In this document: positions 1 to 12,426 of the stretch, piece by piece
Position numbering within the stretch: the first letter of the stretch is position 1
Layout: each line of letters opens with the position of its first letter
Origin: Trichinella spiralis
Lineage: Eukaryota
NCBI RefSeq assembly: GCF_000181795.1
Contig: NW_003526942.1
Coordinates: 84,273-126,552, forward strand
DNA: 42,280 bases
Reading direction: 5' to 3'
Position numbers and translations under genes: made by a program
Notes under the pieces: model-generated
Told to the model about the DNA's origin: nothing
The model's input: only the letters and a program-made list of their open reading frames with translations
The model's database searches: none

Positions 1-24
1 CCAACATATGTGATGTGACTAAAA

Positions 25-367
25 AAGCGAAGAATGTTTGACAAAGGCATATGCGATAAATCTAGCGTAAAATTTAGTGAAATTGCTAGCTACCACGTAA
101 CGTCAGCATTAACGCCATTTGTAACCGGGAAATTGAAAGTGTTGCTGCACCGTTCCAGATTTTTCACACAGATTATTTGTATTCTGATATTATACCCGGA
201 AGTTAACATCCAACCTGGATAAATTTTAACAGACAACAATTTTATTTACAAAACAGTCACAGCAGATTTATATATCTTGATGTAAATCCATAATAGACGG
301 AAAAAAAATCTAGGACTAAGATCCTAATGCTCCTGGCCACCGCTTGTTTATATTCGTTTTTTATTTC
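25..367 (+). repeat. Diverged repeat, inverted copy of the right end of the window (about 41925-42280)
   Basis: Colinear blocks match the reverse complement of the window's right end: GACAAAGGCATAT, CGTAACGT, CCAGATTTTT-CA-ACAGATTATT, CCCGGAAGTTA, GATTTATATATC and GCTCCTGGCCACCGCTT. Identity is roughly 70% by eye, with no shared open frame. Confidence 0.8.
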
Positions 368-569
368 NNNNNNNNNNNNNNNNNNNNNNNNNNNNNNNNN
401 NNNNNNNNNNNNNNNNNNNNNNNNNNNNNNNNNNNNNNNNNNNNNNNNNNNNNNNNNNNNNNNNNNNNNNNNNNNNNNNNNNNNNNNNNNNNNNNNNNNN
501 NNNNNNNNNNNNNNNNNNNNNNNNNNNNNNNNNNNNNNNNNNNNNNNNNNNNNNNNNNNNNNNNNNNNN
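368..569. other. Assembly gap (N run)
   Basis: Run of N; ORFs spanning it are artefacts. Confidence 1.
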
Positions 570-696
570 ACGTAATCCTAAAATGGAATGTTTCAACCAA
601 AGAAATGAAAAAAATATTACAGCTAATCACAAGGGAAAGATTGAATCAATGAGCAATTAGACAAGGAAAACCAATACGAAAAAGACTTTACGGTCT

Positions 697-751
697 AATA
701 AGATAGCGAGGTCAACGACGAATAATAAAATAGCGAGGACAACGACCAATA
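697..751 (+). repeat. Two-copy 27-bp tandem repeat
   Basis: AATAAGATAGCGAGGTCAACGACG at 697 and AATAAAATAGCGAGGACAACGACC at 724. Confidence 0.7.
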
Positions 752-803
752 AATGAAAAGTGGGACCGAATGGGAATAAAATTGAGCCCAAGTGGGACCA
801 AAC

Positions 804-1696
804 CTTTTTTTGGTTCTTAAAAGACTTCGTTTATCTAAGCCCTTTCTATAGTTTTAACATAAACATATGGAAAAGTGTTGAGCAGGAAATCGATATCCCA
901 CATTTTTTTTTGATTTCAGTATCTATAATTTATTTATTTTTATGTATTTTGATTAAAATTTCATTATTTGAAATAAATTTCAAGTCTCTTCTATCTGAAA
1001 ATTCAACAAAATTGACGTAATAAATCTGTTGATGGCCGGCGGTGGCGAATGGTTCTATGGTTCACTACTTTAGATTGCGCAGGTCTAGCAACATATGTTA
1101 TTTGGACATGTAAAAATCCAGATTGGAACGCCCGAAAGTCGCAGCGTAGAAGACTAATTTTAATGGAGTGTGGCAAAAATTTAGTGGACATCGTTCTTCA
1201 GAAACGGGCTGCCAGTCCCCCGCAATCCCTTCCTTACACAGTAAGGAAAGCGATAGAACAAATAGGAACAGCGACGTCAACCGAGCGGTCAGAAGCAAGC
1301 AAAGATGAAAAACACATCTATAGAAGATGCATCTTTTGTGGAAGAAAACGTGACAAAAAAGTAAGATCTAGCTGCATAAAGTGTAGAAAGACATGCTGCA
1401 ATGAACATCTGCGCAGCTACTGTGAGCATTGTGATGTTAATCCTAACACTTTCAAATAAAGAAAGATCAACAGATTTATTACGTCAATTTTGTTGAATTT
1501 TCAGCTAGAAGAGACTTGAAATTTATTTCAAATAATAAAATTTTAATCAAAATACATAGAAATAAATAAATTATAGATACTGAAATCAAAAAAAAATGTG
1601 GAACATCGATTTCCTGCTCAACACTTTTCCATATGTTTATGTTAAAACTATAGAAAGGGCTTAGATAAACGAAGTCTTTACGGAACCAAAAAAAAG
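804..1696. repeat. About 230-bp near-perfect inverted repeat (804-1033 / 1466-1696) enclosing a piggyBac transposase 3' fragment
   Basis: 804-1033 (CTTTTTTTGGTTC...AATAAATCTGTTGAT) is the reverse complement of 1466-1696 (ATCAACAGATTTATT...GAACCAAAAAAAAG) with only scattered mismatches. Confidence 0.95.
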
Positions 1697-2050
1697 ACTA
1701 TAGACCTGAGTTTGGTATCAAAATGTGCAGAATAACGTGCTCTATTCAATAATGTAATTTGTTTCACGAATTTTACAAAATTAAGTCCACGCGAAGAAAA
1801 AAACTGAAAAAAGACGATTTTTTAACCAAAATTTTGTCGCATTTTTTGCCAATAAAATGCTTAAAAATTATTAAAATTGGAAATGCTTTGATACCATCAT
1901 GTACAGAATTCTTCGAACTATCCAATAAAATAAATTTCATAAAAGTTGAACATACTCCCAGCTTTTTACACGTGTTTTTCTAAAGTGGGGTGGGGCCTAC
2001 CCCAACAATCCAACAACGTACCTATCGCCAACAATCCATCAAAGGGTTAA
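1034..2050 (+). mobile_element. piggyBac element 3' end with terminus ...AAAGGG followed by TTAA target site
   Basis: GGG at 2044-2046 and TTAA at 2047-2050. Subterminal features are the imperfect palindrome TGGGGTGGGGCCTACCCCA (1986-2004) and direct repeats CCAACAATCCA (2002, 2028). It lies downstream of the transposase fragment. Confidence 0.85.
1037..1459 (+). pseudogene. piggyBac transposase C-terminal fragment (5'-truncated)
   Basis: RRWRMVLWFTTLDCAGLATYVIW matches the piggyBac RRWPM..F...LD....AY motif. The C-terminal cysteine-rich domain is RRCIFC-x11-CIKC-x3-CCNEH-x4-CEHC. The catalytic DDD region is absent. Confidence 0.88.
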
Positions 2051-2142
2051 AATATGAAACGGTTTTGGAATTATAAAATAATATGCTTTTTAGTCAAATA
2101 GTCGGTAGAAACAAATGAATATATGCAGGCATGAAAATGATG

Positions 2143-2439
2143 TGTAACGGGTCACAAATAATTAGACATAAAGAAATCACACAATAGTCGTAATTATTAT
2201 TACGGGTAAATCATTATAGACCACAAGCTGAGGCGCCACCTATCGACAAGGCTATGATTGGCTAGAAGCAGATTAGACAAAGAAGGCGGAAGTGAGAATT
2301 CGCAGTGAGTAAACAAGATCAGTTAGTGTTTATCTTGATCGGTGTCGGTGTGCTGTGCTTGTTGAGAAATAAACGTTTAACTCTTCTCATTATGACTCGT
2401 TTTGATGACGTTAATAAGAAGGAGCAAAAGGGCGCTACA
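2143..2439 (+). mobile_element. Solo LTR (297 bp), Ty3/Gypsy-like
   Basis: Termini TGTAACG...CGCTACA are flanked by a perfect 4-bp direct repeat GATG (2139-2142, 2440-2443). There is an internal AATAAA at 2368 and higher GC than the flanks. Confidence 0.75.
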
Positions 2440-2658
2440 GATGAATTAATTTATGATCAAAGTTGTGATCTGTTTTCTGCTAGATTTTTTTTGAAAGTTA
2501 ATAAAAGAAATAATTTTCAATGTTAGAACTAAGTTGAAATAAGCCAAATAAGCAACTTGTGAAATTCTTTTATCAAAAGTATTTATTATTCAAAAATACA
2601 ACTGAAAATCAATTAACAAGAAAAGGTAAACGTTTACTTGAAAAATGGATATTGTAGT

Positions 2659-5600
2659 TTACAAGTGAAAATCCGTTATTGAATTATTTGTTGCATTTTT
2701 TTGCTTTGAATGTAGTATACGTATAGATGTAGATTTTTCTGAAATTGACAGTGCACGGTTCAAGGGTATCTTTGATGTGCTGGCACTGGCTTCGTCAGAA
2801 TTGGATTCTGATGACGTGCTATCCTTTTCCATTTGTACTCCAGATTGCGCTTTATTGTCAGTTCGACGATAAATTCGATCTAAACAACGCTTAGAAGGAC
2901 CACGGTGAATTCCGCTCATTTTGTCAGATTCCACGTCAAGTTGATTAAAAAGAGAATTACGACGTTGTTCCAGTGCCCTTATTGTACTGCGTCGTAAAGT
3001 GAGCTGCCTCTGATTTTTGAACTTGATTACACCATTCAGTTGTTCAGTTTCATTTATCTCTGAAGTGAGTGCAAAAAACCGCTTTTTAAATGCAGCGTCC
3101 AAAGTTTCAGTGCGCTTTTTCATCATGCTTTGCCTGCAGCTCTCGAGTTTCTTCACAACTCGGCGCCTGCCAATCGAGCGACCTCCTGTTGTTTCATCGG
3201 CCAACAGAATTGCGTCTTCGTCCACTCCTCGTATTGCTTGCAATTCTTTTGCAATTTCCACCGCATTTGTTGTCATCAGCTCAACGTCTGTTAATTTACT
3301 TTCTGGTTTGCGAAAGCAAAATATCTCTGTAGATGCTATTATGTGAGCAAGCGTTGTAAAGCGATGCATTAGCATGGCAATAAACTGTAGCAGTAGCAGA
3401 GTCATAAAAAAGGTAAGAAAAACAAGACCTATCGGCTCTAACTGAAGTCGGCTCACAACCCACACTGGATCTTTGATGTCAGAATGACATGGAATTACCG
3501 TGTGATTGATCATCGGTCCTATTGGCCATTCAATATATAAACAATCTTTTTTGATTTGTAGTAAAAATACAATAAGCACAAATAGTGCATTCACCATGAT
3601 GAAACCAAAAGAAATCTGATTTCGCAATTCAATCAACTCTGCAGCTACACGCGCTTGATGCTTGGGATCTTGATTTAGTGGAGACAAATATTTCGCTCTT
3701 AGATCTTTCCAAAAATTTTCTTCGTCAACGTCGAGTTGTTCACGCTGACTCGATCTGATATGAATATCATCCATCCAGAATTCAACGTTTTTGCCCGAAT
3801 CTAAACATATTAAATAATATTTTTACATTTTTCATAATAAACATAAAACCTTCGTTGCTGTAAAGAGATTGAACATCGAAATCTTCATCAATCAGTTCCT
3901 CTTCAAATACGGGCTGATTTTCTGAAATTCTGCAGCAATCCTGTAGACGAGAAGTGCGTTTCAAAGATCGACTGCCACTCCTGCAGAATAGTAATCCAAG
4001 AATTATGCTTACACTATCCAGTGTATGCAATTTGCGTATAAATTTTATTTATAAAGCAAACTACACTTTTGCTTTTGTTGAAAATTTGAATATACCTTTT
4101 TTCCACAAGTTGCAACTTTTTATCAATTGCATCCAATTGATTGGACATCTTACTGATAGTAGATGAATGCAACGACGGCTGAATGCAACACATAAGCTGG
4201 CAAAGGTTTCCGCATGAAAAGGTAAATGCACCTTCTGCCTAAAAATGAACTTTCATGTAAACGGTCAAAAATAAAAACAAAAAGACTTTTACATCGAATT
4301 GATTTGTGCGAAAATTTTTAGACGTATCTGGTGGATGCTTTTTCTGGACATTTGAAGAGTTGTTATTGTCAATTTTTGTTTCTCTTGTACCCCAGCTAAC
4401 GACGTGCAAATTGCAAACAGAATAAATCGTTAGTAATAGATACATGCATGGTATTGCCAAAAAATACAGGACGCCAGGAACGATGCAAAAAAATTCGACA
4501 GGATGAAGACAAGCCGCAATAAAAAAGCTGTTAAATAAATTATATTAATAAAAAAATCAGACGGTTAAAATTTCACATTAGAATTATTTTGAATTGGCTG
4601 CAATGTCATATATGAAACATAAGACTATACGCTTGAAAATGCCATTAATATGGGAATAAATTTACAATTACTGTCAGTGTTTTACAAATTGAAAGTAAAT
4701 ATTACATAAAATTTAATTTTTTGAACAACATTGAAATGTTTTACATTTTCAGTTTTTAAATTTTTTAAAGATTTTTTTTTGATATGCATGCATATCAAAA
4801 AATTGTAGTCTACCTTGCGATTACGGCAAGTAAGAAAACGGCATGTGGTGAGTAAATTCCATCTTTTTGAATTTGAACGGCTGTGCCAACTATTACAGCC
4901 ATCATCAGTAATGCAAACAAAGCTCCAGTAATCTGTGCTAGTCGAAGCTAAAATAAGAAATGAGAAAAACATGACTGATCAAGCCAAGGGTGACATTTCA
5001 GTAGGTAAATTATTGAAATCTAACAATGTTCTTTGTAAATTACAAAACTAACAAAAATCTTGCATTGCTATTTTTTAAAATAACATATATTCTTCAATTA
5101 TTGTCGTTATTATTCTGATCACGCAAGCTTACCTGCGCTTCAGTATCACAAGTCAAACAGACGACAGTGAACAACGCAACTGGAATAAACACAACTGTAA
5201 AGGACACATAAGTTTCTGTATTGAATGAAATGTTTACTGCTCCAATGACCATTAAAAAAATTGTTCCCGGACCTAATATATTGCTGACAAGCATAGAAAA
5301 CTGATATGATATGTACCTGGAAATATTTTTATTGATTTAAAAGCTGAACTGTTTTGCACATTATAATATTATACCATATGGATATGCTATCGTTCAGCTT
5401 AATTACGTTACGATAATCAGCTAATAAATCGATAATATTAGCCACTGTTGAAGGTATCCATCTTCTTCGCTGATTGAAAAATTCATTGAATCCTTCTGGG
5501 GCGTATGTGAGAGCATCTGAAGCTGCGCAGTATTCAACGCGATAACCTCTTTGCAATAGTAAAGTACAAAGCCAACGATCTTCACCTAAATTATGAATTT

Positions 5601-8600
5601 AACAATTAATCAACTAATAAATAGTATTGAATTAATGTACAGAAAAAGTGAGAAGGTGTGCAACAATTTATTAAACGTGTTACATTTCCTACTAACAATG
5701 GCAAATCAAATATAGCTGGTCAACTGAATTAACTGAAACTACTTTTTTTAAAACAGTTTTAGAACTTTCATGTTAGCATACAATAAACTTTTATCCAACA
5801 AACAAACAAACTGAAAGCAAAATTTTGCCTACCTTGATCATACTGTATATATTCCTTTGCAACTTCGGCTCTAGTAGCATATTTACGTAAAACATTATCA
5901 TCCATCAAGGCAGCAGAACGAAAAAGTGAAAAGCAGCCTGGAGCACACAAAACGCAACCAATCATGTGTTCTGTAGCTTTTTGGAACCAATGTCCTATGG
6001 CGTACTCAAATTTTTGATACCAAACCATTGGACCTTTGCCTCTGGGATGCATACGGCCGCAGGCGGCACCAAGTCGACGATTCTTCTTCATCAGGTCTAT
6101 CAGCAAATGCACTGCCGATGGCTTGAAATCAACGTCTCCATCCAACGTTAGAATGTATGTATTTTCCGCTATAATTTCTTTTTTCTTCGGATCGTCAATT
6201 TTTTCCATCAGGCGATAGCCAAGCAGATAATACATGTACATGACCTTCACGTAAATAAGAAAATTATGCACAATTTACACAAAGGAATTTCCTTATACTT
6301 GACTCCATCGCTTTCGAACTCTAATTTTTTGTCTATTTTTCAAGTGAACTGTTAGTTTATTCTTTCCAGGCAATGTCCACACCATACGTCCACCGTATGG
6401 TGTACAGCAAACTTTTGGCGCCTTTATGCGAATTATTGTTTGATGAACAGCTCTGAAAGGCAAAATATATCTTTTCATCAATGAAAGTTTTACAGTTTTC
6501 AACTGGAAATTTGAAGTTATTAATTAACATTAAACATTTCTTACCCAGCAGCAATATCAATAACATCCAGAAGTTGTCGAACAAATCTGTTTACAACCAA
6601 CTCAGAAAATTCATTTGTCTCGAATGCATCGTCAAAAAATATATGCGCTTAAATTAGAACATCAGTGTTAAAGAGTAATATTTTCATATTAAAAGTAGAC
6701 CAAAGTCAAACACAATTTGTAAAGTTGAAAACAATGGCAAGATACGTCAGTGAAATGTTCACCTTCAAATTCATAATAATCAGGATCGACTATTTTCAAA
6801 TACTTTTGAACATTTCTTCTAGCGCACTGGTCTTCGTCCATTCTTAAAAAAAGTAAATTATAAATTACAAAATTCTGTAAATTATGCAAGATGTAACCTG
6901 AAAATGGATTTCAGCATGCATATCATTTCTTGAGATGTTTCATGCCACATGGTAGCGCAAGCGTATATTTTCGTTATTGAATCCATGGAATATCCAACCT
7001 CGTCATTTATGGATAAATCTTTTGTATCTAATTTTGGCACTTTATTTTTATGGTAAACGCTTGATATAGTTTCATAAATGCTGCTCGCAGTCCCTTCTTC
7101 CATTTCTAGTTCAATATTCTAATAACACAGACATGCTAAATCCAGATCTGTTGCTTTTCTTGACATTGATATTGACAAAATATGTATGCTATGTAACATT
7201 ACATGATATGATATGATATTTTATCATTTTATTACTTATATCTTTTGAAAGCAAATTGACTCTTTCTTATAATTTTTCATCGTTGAAATAAATAAATGCT
7301 TGAAAAATTTTATCAGTACATTGAAAAATTTACTTCAGTTTTTATTTTTATTTTGTCGTCACGCCAGCGATTCAGAATTAATGATTGATCAACCAAAGCT
7401 CCACTGTACCATGGAAGTACGAATAATCTGCAACACATGACAAAATTTTTTTCATTTTATTTTTAATTTTAATTACTTATTTTATTTATCACAAAATTTA
7501 CGCTGTTGATAGTGAATTTTTTCAATATTAAACACTATTATTGGAAAAGTGATACAATGGAAATCGAGAAAATTGCATTTTATATTATAATGAAGTGCAT
7601 AAAAGTGATTTTCTTTTAATGCATACCACTCATTATTGGTTCAGCAGATATTGGTTGGTCTAAGTATATAATTTCTTTTATTCCTTAAAAAGATTAACCT
7701 ATTCAATTTAAGTTAAAAAATGAATTTAGATAATGGAATGCAATTCATTTATTGACATGCAGTTTTCTCATTGGATAAGAATAACATGGACAATAAAAAT
7801 TAATGCACCTTAAATGAACAATAAATGATGTTAATTTGAATGCAATTGTGGAGTATTTTTTTTACCTGTCTGTATTAGCGAGCTTTTCACATTCAGGAAA
7901 CCAAATATGACTGGTGATCCAGAGTTGTGACAAAAGCCAGGCACACCAAACAAGTGTAACAGGTTCAGATAAAAATGCTTGCAACGTAGATGGTTGGGTT
8001 TGACAAAACCAGTAAACATTTTCCGGCATCACTGAGTCAAGAAAACAAGGATCCTGTTGATGACCGGCACAAATCGTGTAAATAAAAAAGACACCAAGCG
8101 GTTGTGCAACAGTCATTGCTGTAGCAAATGAGAAACGTTGTATCATCGTTTTGCAAGAAAATTTACTGCACTGGTAGCAAATAAAAGATGATCCGGCTTG
8201 AATGAACAAAAGCCACATCAAATTGTACGGATTAGTGTAAACAAGTCTTAGTAATAATTCGCTATTTTCTACGGATCTTCGACGTTTAACTGTCAATTCA
8301 GTATGCTGTTGGTCATCCGTTAGAAATTCGCTTGCATCAATGATGACAATCTTATCTGGTTTATCATTTATTCCCATCTTCGTTGTAAAATTTTTTGCCC
8401 CAAAGTTGGCCTTTTGAAAGTCAGCAGCGTCACCACCACCACCATCATCATTACTGTTGATTATCATTTTCATCGGCTGAGATTTGAATGGATTGCCAGC
8501 AAAAAGTTCCGACACTTCCATACGCAATGCTGTAAAACCAACAGCACAGCAAATGAAAAGTAGACACTTCCACAAGCTGATTATTGCGTATGTTTTACTG

Positions 8601-10041
8601 CGCACTTGCTTCATGCGACGAGATAAGTTGGCGAGATTTCTTATACATGAGAAAACGGAAGAAGAATGGACAAAATTTTCCCACCAGGCAACAGAAATCA
8701 ACGACACTGCAATCGGTAGCATCCAGACCGGACCGAAATAATCATTCGGCGGAATTACAGTCCACATCCAATAGGGGCTAGATTGCACTGCTATGCAGAT
8801 CAAATCGATTATTATTAAAAACGAATTCAACCGATTTGGCCGTCGACACAAAACGGACAGTATACTGGGCAGTAAATATACACACTGGCTGAGAAAGTGC
8901 CCCTTAACGGCACCCATTTCTGGAAGCAAATAAAAAACAAAAAGTCCTATGCCGAACGCATGCATCGTTTCCGTCACAAATGCCTACAATAAATAAAATT
9001 AAATTAAAAACCAATTAATTGAAAAATGTGTTGTTTACAAAAAAAAATTGCAGAGCAGTAGGCTTGCGAACGTTACGGAATAAAATTCGATGAAAGCACC
9101 GAAAGCAACAAATTAATTCTGGAATGCAAAGAGCAAATGTTGTCAGCCACACCCATTGAATGGCGTGCCTACTTCCGAGCTTTGTAATGCTCGACTTTTT
9201 CATATATACACCTGAAATTAAAAACGTTTAATAAAAAAAAAAGGAAACAAAACAAATTGTAGTATACAAATTCAACATTGTTTTGCACAGTGGTCGATAT
9301 AAGAATAAGAAAATCTACCTGAAGTAGTATATTCTGCAGAGCAATCTGTAAGGTTTTTTCCAGTCCAACCGATGCTTGTCGCCATTAATAAAAAACAACA
9401 TTTCGATAGTAAAGCTGTACCAAGAGTTAGGAAAAAAACAATTAAACAGACAACAAGCTTGAGAATTTGTGCAGCTATGTAATGGCAAGGTGTGTTCTGC
9501 TTCGAATCAGATGGAGGAGGAAGTAGACGAAATATATCCCATGTTTTAAATTCCACAGAAAAGCTGAAAAAGTGAAACGAAATGCATCGATGAAATTTTT
9601 AAAGTTTAATTTTAATTCAGTCGTCTTTTTTTTCAAATCAAATTTAAACAGATGGTAAAAAAAGAAAAGAAAATAAATGACATCAAAAAAATTGATACGA
9701 ACAAACACGAACGATAATGCCATAGTTCGATTAATGAATAATATAATATTGTAAAATGAGCATTTTAAGTGCAAATTTTGAAATTTAAATAAAAATTACT
9801 GTTAAAAAAGAGAAAATAAATTTTACTTCGAAGATGGAATGGATGCTTTAGAATCAGTGTATGGAGTTTTTGTGTCTTTTCGTTTGCCATTCGACAGTTG
9901 TATTAATGAAACCGGTGTGGTGGAATCGTGGTGTTGAATAATTTCTTCAGCAGCTGTTTTAATTTTATCAACAGTCCAGCTGTTTGCCTGAGCTTTAGCT
10001 TGGGCTTTATCAACTTCTTCAGATAGGCAGGCGCTATTCAT
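2659..10041 (-). CDS. chs-2: Chitin synthase (GT2 family), about 1664 aa, 17 coding exons; chs-2-like by size
   Basis: Phase-consistent GT-AG exons: 10041-9827, 9563-9319, 9211-9039, 8983-7866, 7427-7334, 7118-6898, 6842-6763, 6647-6545, 6452-6299, 6244-5833, 5585-5375, 5316-5133, 4947-4814, 4527-4293, 4238-4096, 3980-3850, 3800-2659 (4995 nt). Motifs: CATMWHET, HIFFDDAF, RKRWSQ, LDGDVDF, QKFEYAIGHW, LCAPGCFSLFR, QYDQGEDRWL, QRRRW, SWGTRE. The start codon and the chs-2 versus chs-1 assignment are inferred. Confidence 0.93.
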
Positions 10042-10987
10042 GAATTGGAATATTTCGAATACAAGTCCACGCAGAACAGGCAGGTATGCATGAAATTTTT
10101 TTTGTGTTGATTGAAAGAAAAAAGATGGAAAAAATTTCTGATAATTTTTGAAATACTGCAGTTGATCAGCTGTTTTTAGAAGAGAATGGAGCAAAATTTG
10201 CCTAAAATTAGTTTGACCAATTGGAAAAGAATTTCATATTTATTAAAATTATAACACCTTTCATCTCAATCAACAAACTGAACAAAAAACAGTAAAAATG
10301 AAACGGAAAACCTATCAGCAAATTGGATAATTTACTTGCCATTTACAGGACAATTTTTATGATAGAAAATTTTGAAAATTTTCTCTCCTTGAAATTCTAC
10401 TTACATCATCAGATACTATTATTGGATTGTTAATGAGAAAAAAAACTAAATGTTCCTTTATAATTTTGTATGGCAATCATAAGATTTGTTATCAATTTTC
10501 ACATGAAAGCAACTTAATTTACCGTATTTTTTTTATTTCATTAAATACTTACTTGAGTAGGAAAGTTGTTTGTTTTGGTAAACAAACAAACTGACCAACG
10601 AAAAAGCAGACAAAACAAAAATATTCACATAGGCAACGAAAAAGAAAGAAAAAAAGAATAAGAGAATGAATATTTGCTTTGAATAATAAAACGCGGCCGA
10701 TGATGTTAATGAAAGCAGAAAAGTGGAACTGTTGAATCTTGTCACTTGCTTTTTAGTCTTACTTGAAATTTGTATTTGCTCACTTGCTCCAAGCACCGGT
10801 TGGTGCCACAAATATGCAAACATCTGGCCTTTACATTTTGTTCTTGTTTATTCTGGTGACCTGGTACTAGAACACCATTTTCAAAAGGTGGTTCTTGTTG
10901 AAAGTGGCGCTTCCATTTGCCAACTGCCACGCACATACTGATGCTTTTCTATCCCCAAAACACAGTAAGTGACATTAAACAAAGAAT

Positions 10988-11012
10988 TGAACTGAACTGA
11001 ACTGAACTGAAC
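10988..11012. repeat. (TGAAC)5 microsatellite next to a minus-strand GTAAGT splice donor
   Basis: TGAACTGAACTGAACTGAACTGAAC followed by TTACC. Confidence 0.85.
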
Positions 11013-12426
11013 TTACCAACATCCGGATAAAGTCACGCAAATTTTTATCACTTCAACTGGTGGTCAATCGCTTATTTAAATTCATTTGCAATTTTCACAC
11101 CAACGATCGAAATCTGAGCTGCTGAAAAGCAACACTTGATCACTCGTCCCCACCTTACGTACGTATACTGGACAATTTTATCCCATATGTGCAAGCACGG
11201 CAAAAAATCTAACCTTGCTGATACACAAGAAGTCTGTTTTTCAAATTCCACAGATATTCTTCGTGAACGTTCATCAAATAAATACTGATAATAACAAAAA
11301 TCGTCCTCTTTGAATATTATCAAAATAAGATAGATACAAACAATTCAACCTTTGCATATTACTTGCAAATTTTTTTGTTTTTTGCATAAATTTATCATCT
11401 ATTCAAAATTGTTTAGATCAATAGTAGAAAATGAACAACGAACTTGAACGTTTGACAAATTTGTGCAAACAAAAATTTGTGCAACGTTTCATACAAGTCG
11501 AAATTCAGTAATAGATAATCATCTGTTAAATACTTTAAAAATAAATCATAATATTATTTTTATTCAATAATAATAACAGACAATTTTAAAAATAATCAAA
11601 TCATTTTTTACACTTTATCCACACTGACTGTTTATTGACAACTGAATTGTAACAATCAGCCTGCAAGCATTGGACAAGTTGGCGTTTAATTTTACCAACC
11701 ACTGCAAAAGCTGTGCAGCTGTTGCACAAATTTGAATTTTCTGAATCGCCAATTTCCACAAGCCCAAATCCAACTTTACACAATTCTCGAATACAATTTC
11801 CATCGGTGCTAAATTCTGCAGCCAAGCTGATGCAGTTTTCAAACTTGAGGACCCAAGCAGAAACTTGCAGTTCAGAATAATGACGACAAATTTCCACCGA
11901 TACAGCCAAGAAATGATGTTGAACAAGAAACTTTTAAAAAATTTCGGGTCCCTTTCAACACCCGAGAAATATAACGCAATGCTTGCATTAAGCATTCGGT
12001 GTGAAATTTTCCATTTCCACTGCAAATTTCAAACGCAACAAATGTCACCTGGCCGCCCGCCAGAAACTACTGAAATCGTCGATCGAGCTATGAAACGTGC
12101 GCCAAGACGACGTTGAAAAAGTGCCATTTGCAAACAAAATTATCACCAAATCCACATGCAAGGCAAATTGTAAAACTTTTAAAAACTACTACAATGCAAA
12201 CTATCATTTCTTCTTTTTTCCTTTGCATTGATCATTGAAACAAAAAAAATAATACTTAATTTCAAAAAGCATTCTTAAATTATACACACAAATAATATCC
12301 ACATTAAACCAAATTCAACAAATAACAAGACCTACTGCATTGGTTGGTGACAATTTTTACTTCACATTATGCAAAAACATTGCATCACAAACAAAACAGA
12401 ACAAATCACAAAAATGTAACTAAACA

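Noticed and set aside
327..652. ORFs spanning the first N run
   Set aside because: Artefacts of translating N.
697..800. Short repeats as a CRISPR-like array
   Set aside because: Only two adjacent copies, no unique spacers, and eukaryotic context.
804..1696. The 230-bp inverted repeats as piggyBac TIRs
   Set aside because: They lack CCC/GGG termini and TTAA flanks; the real terminus is at 2046-2050.
2305..2526. 73-aa ORF as a small membrane protein
   Set aside because: It has a GTG start and crosses the solo-LTR boundary.
4814..4947. Apparent frameshift in chitin synthase exon 13
   Set aside because: The ORF track shows another frame; the correct frame (LRLAQITGALFALLMMAVIVG) is open and in phase.
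11601..12116. Overlapping 83-136 aa ORFs
   Set aside because: No recognisable domain and no consistent splice model; left unassigned.
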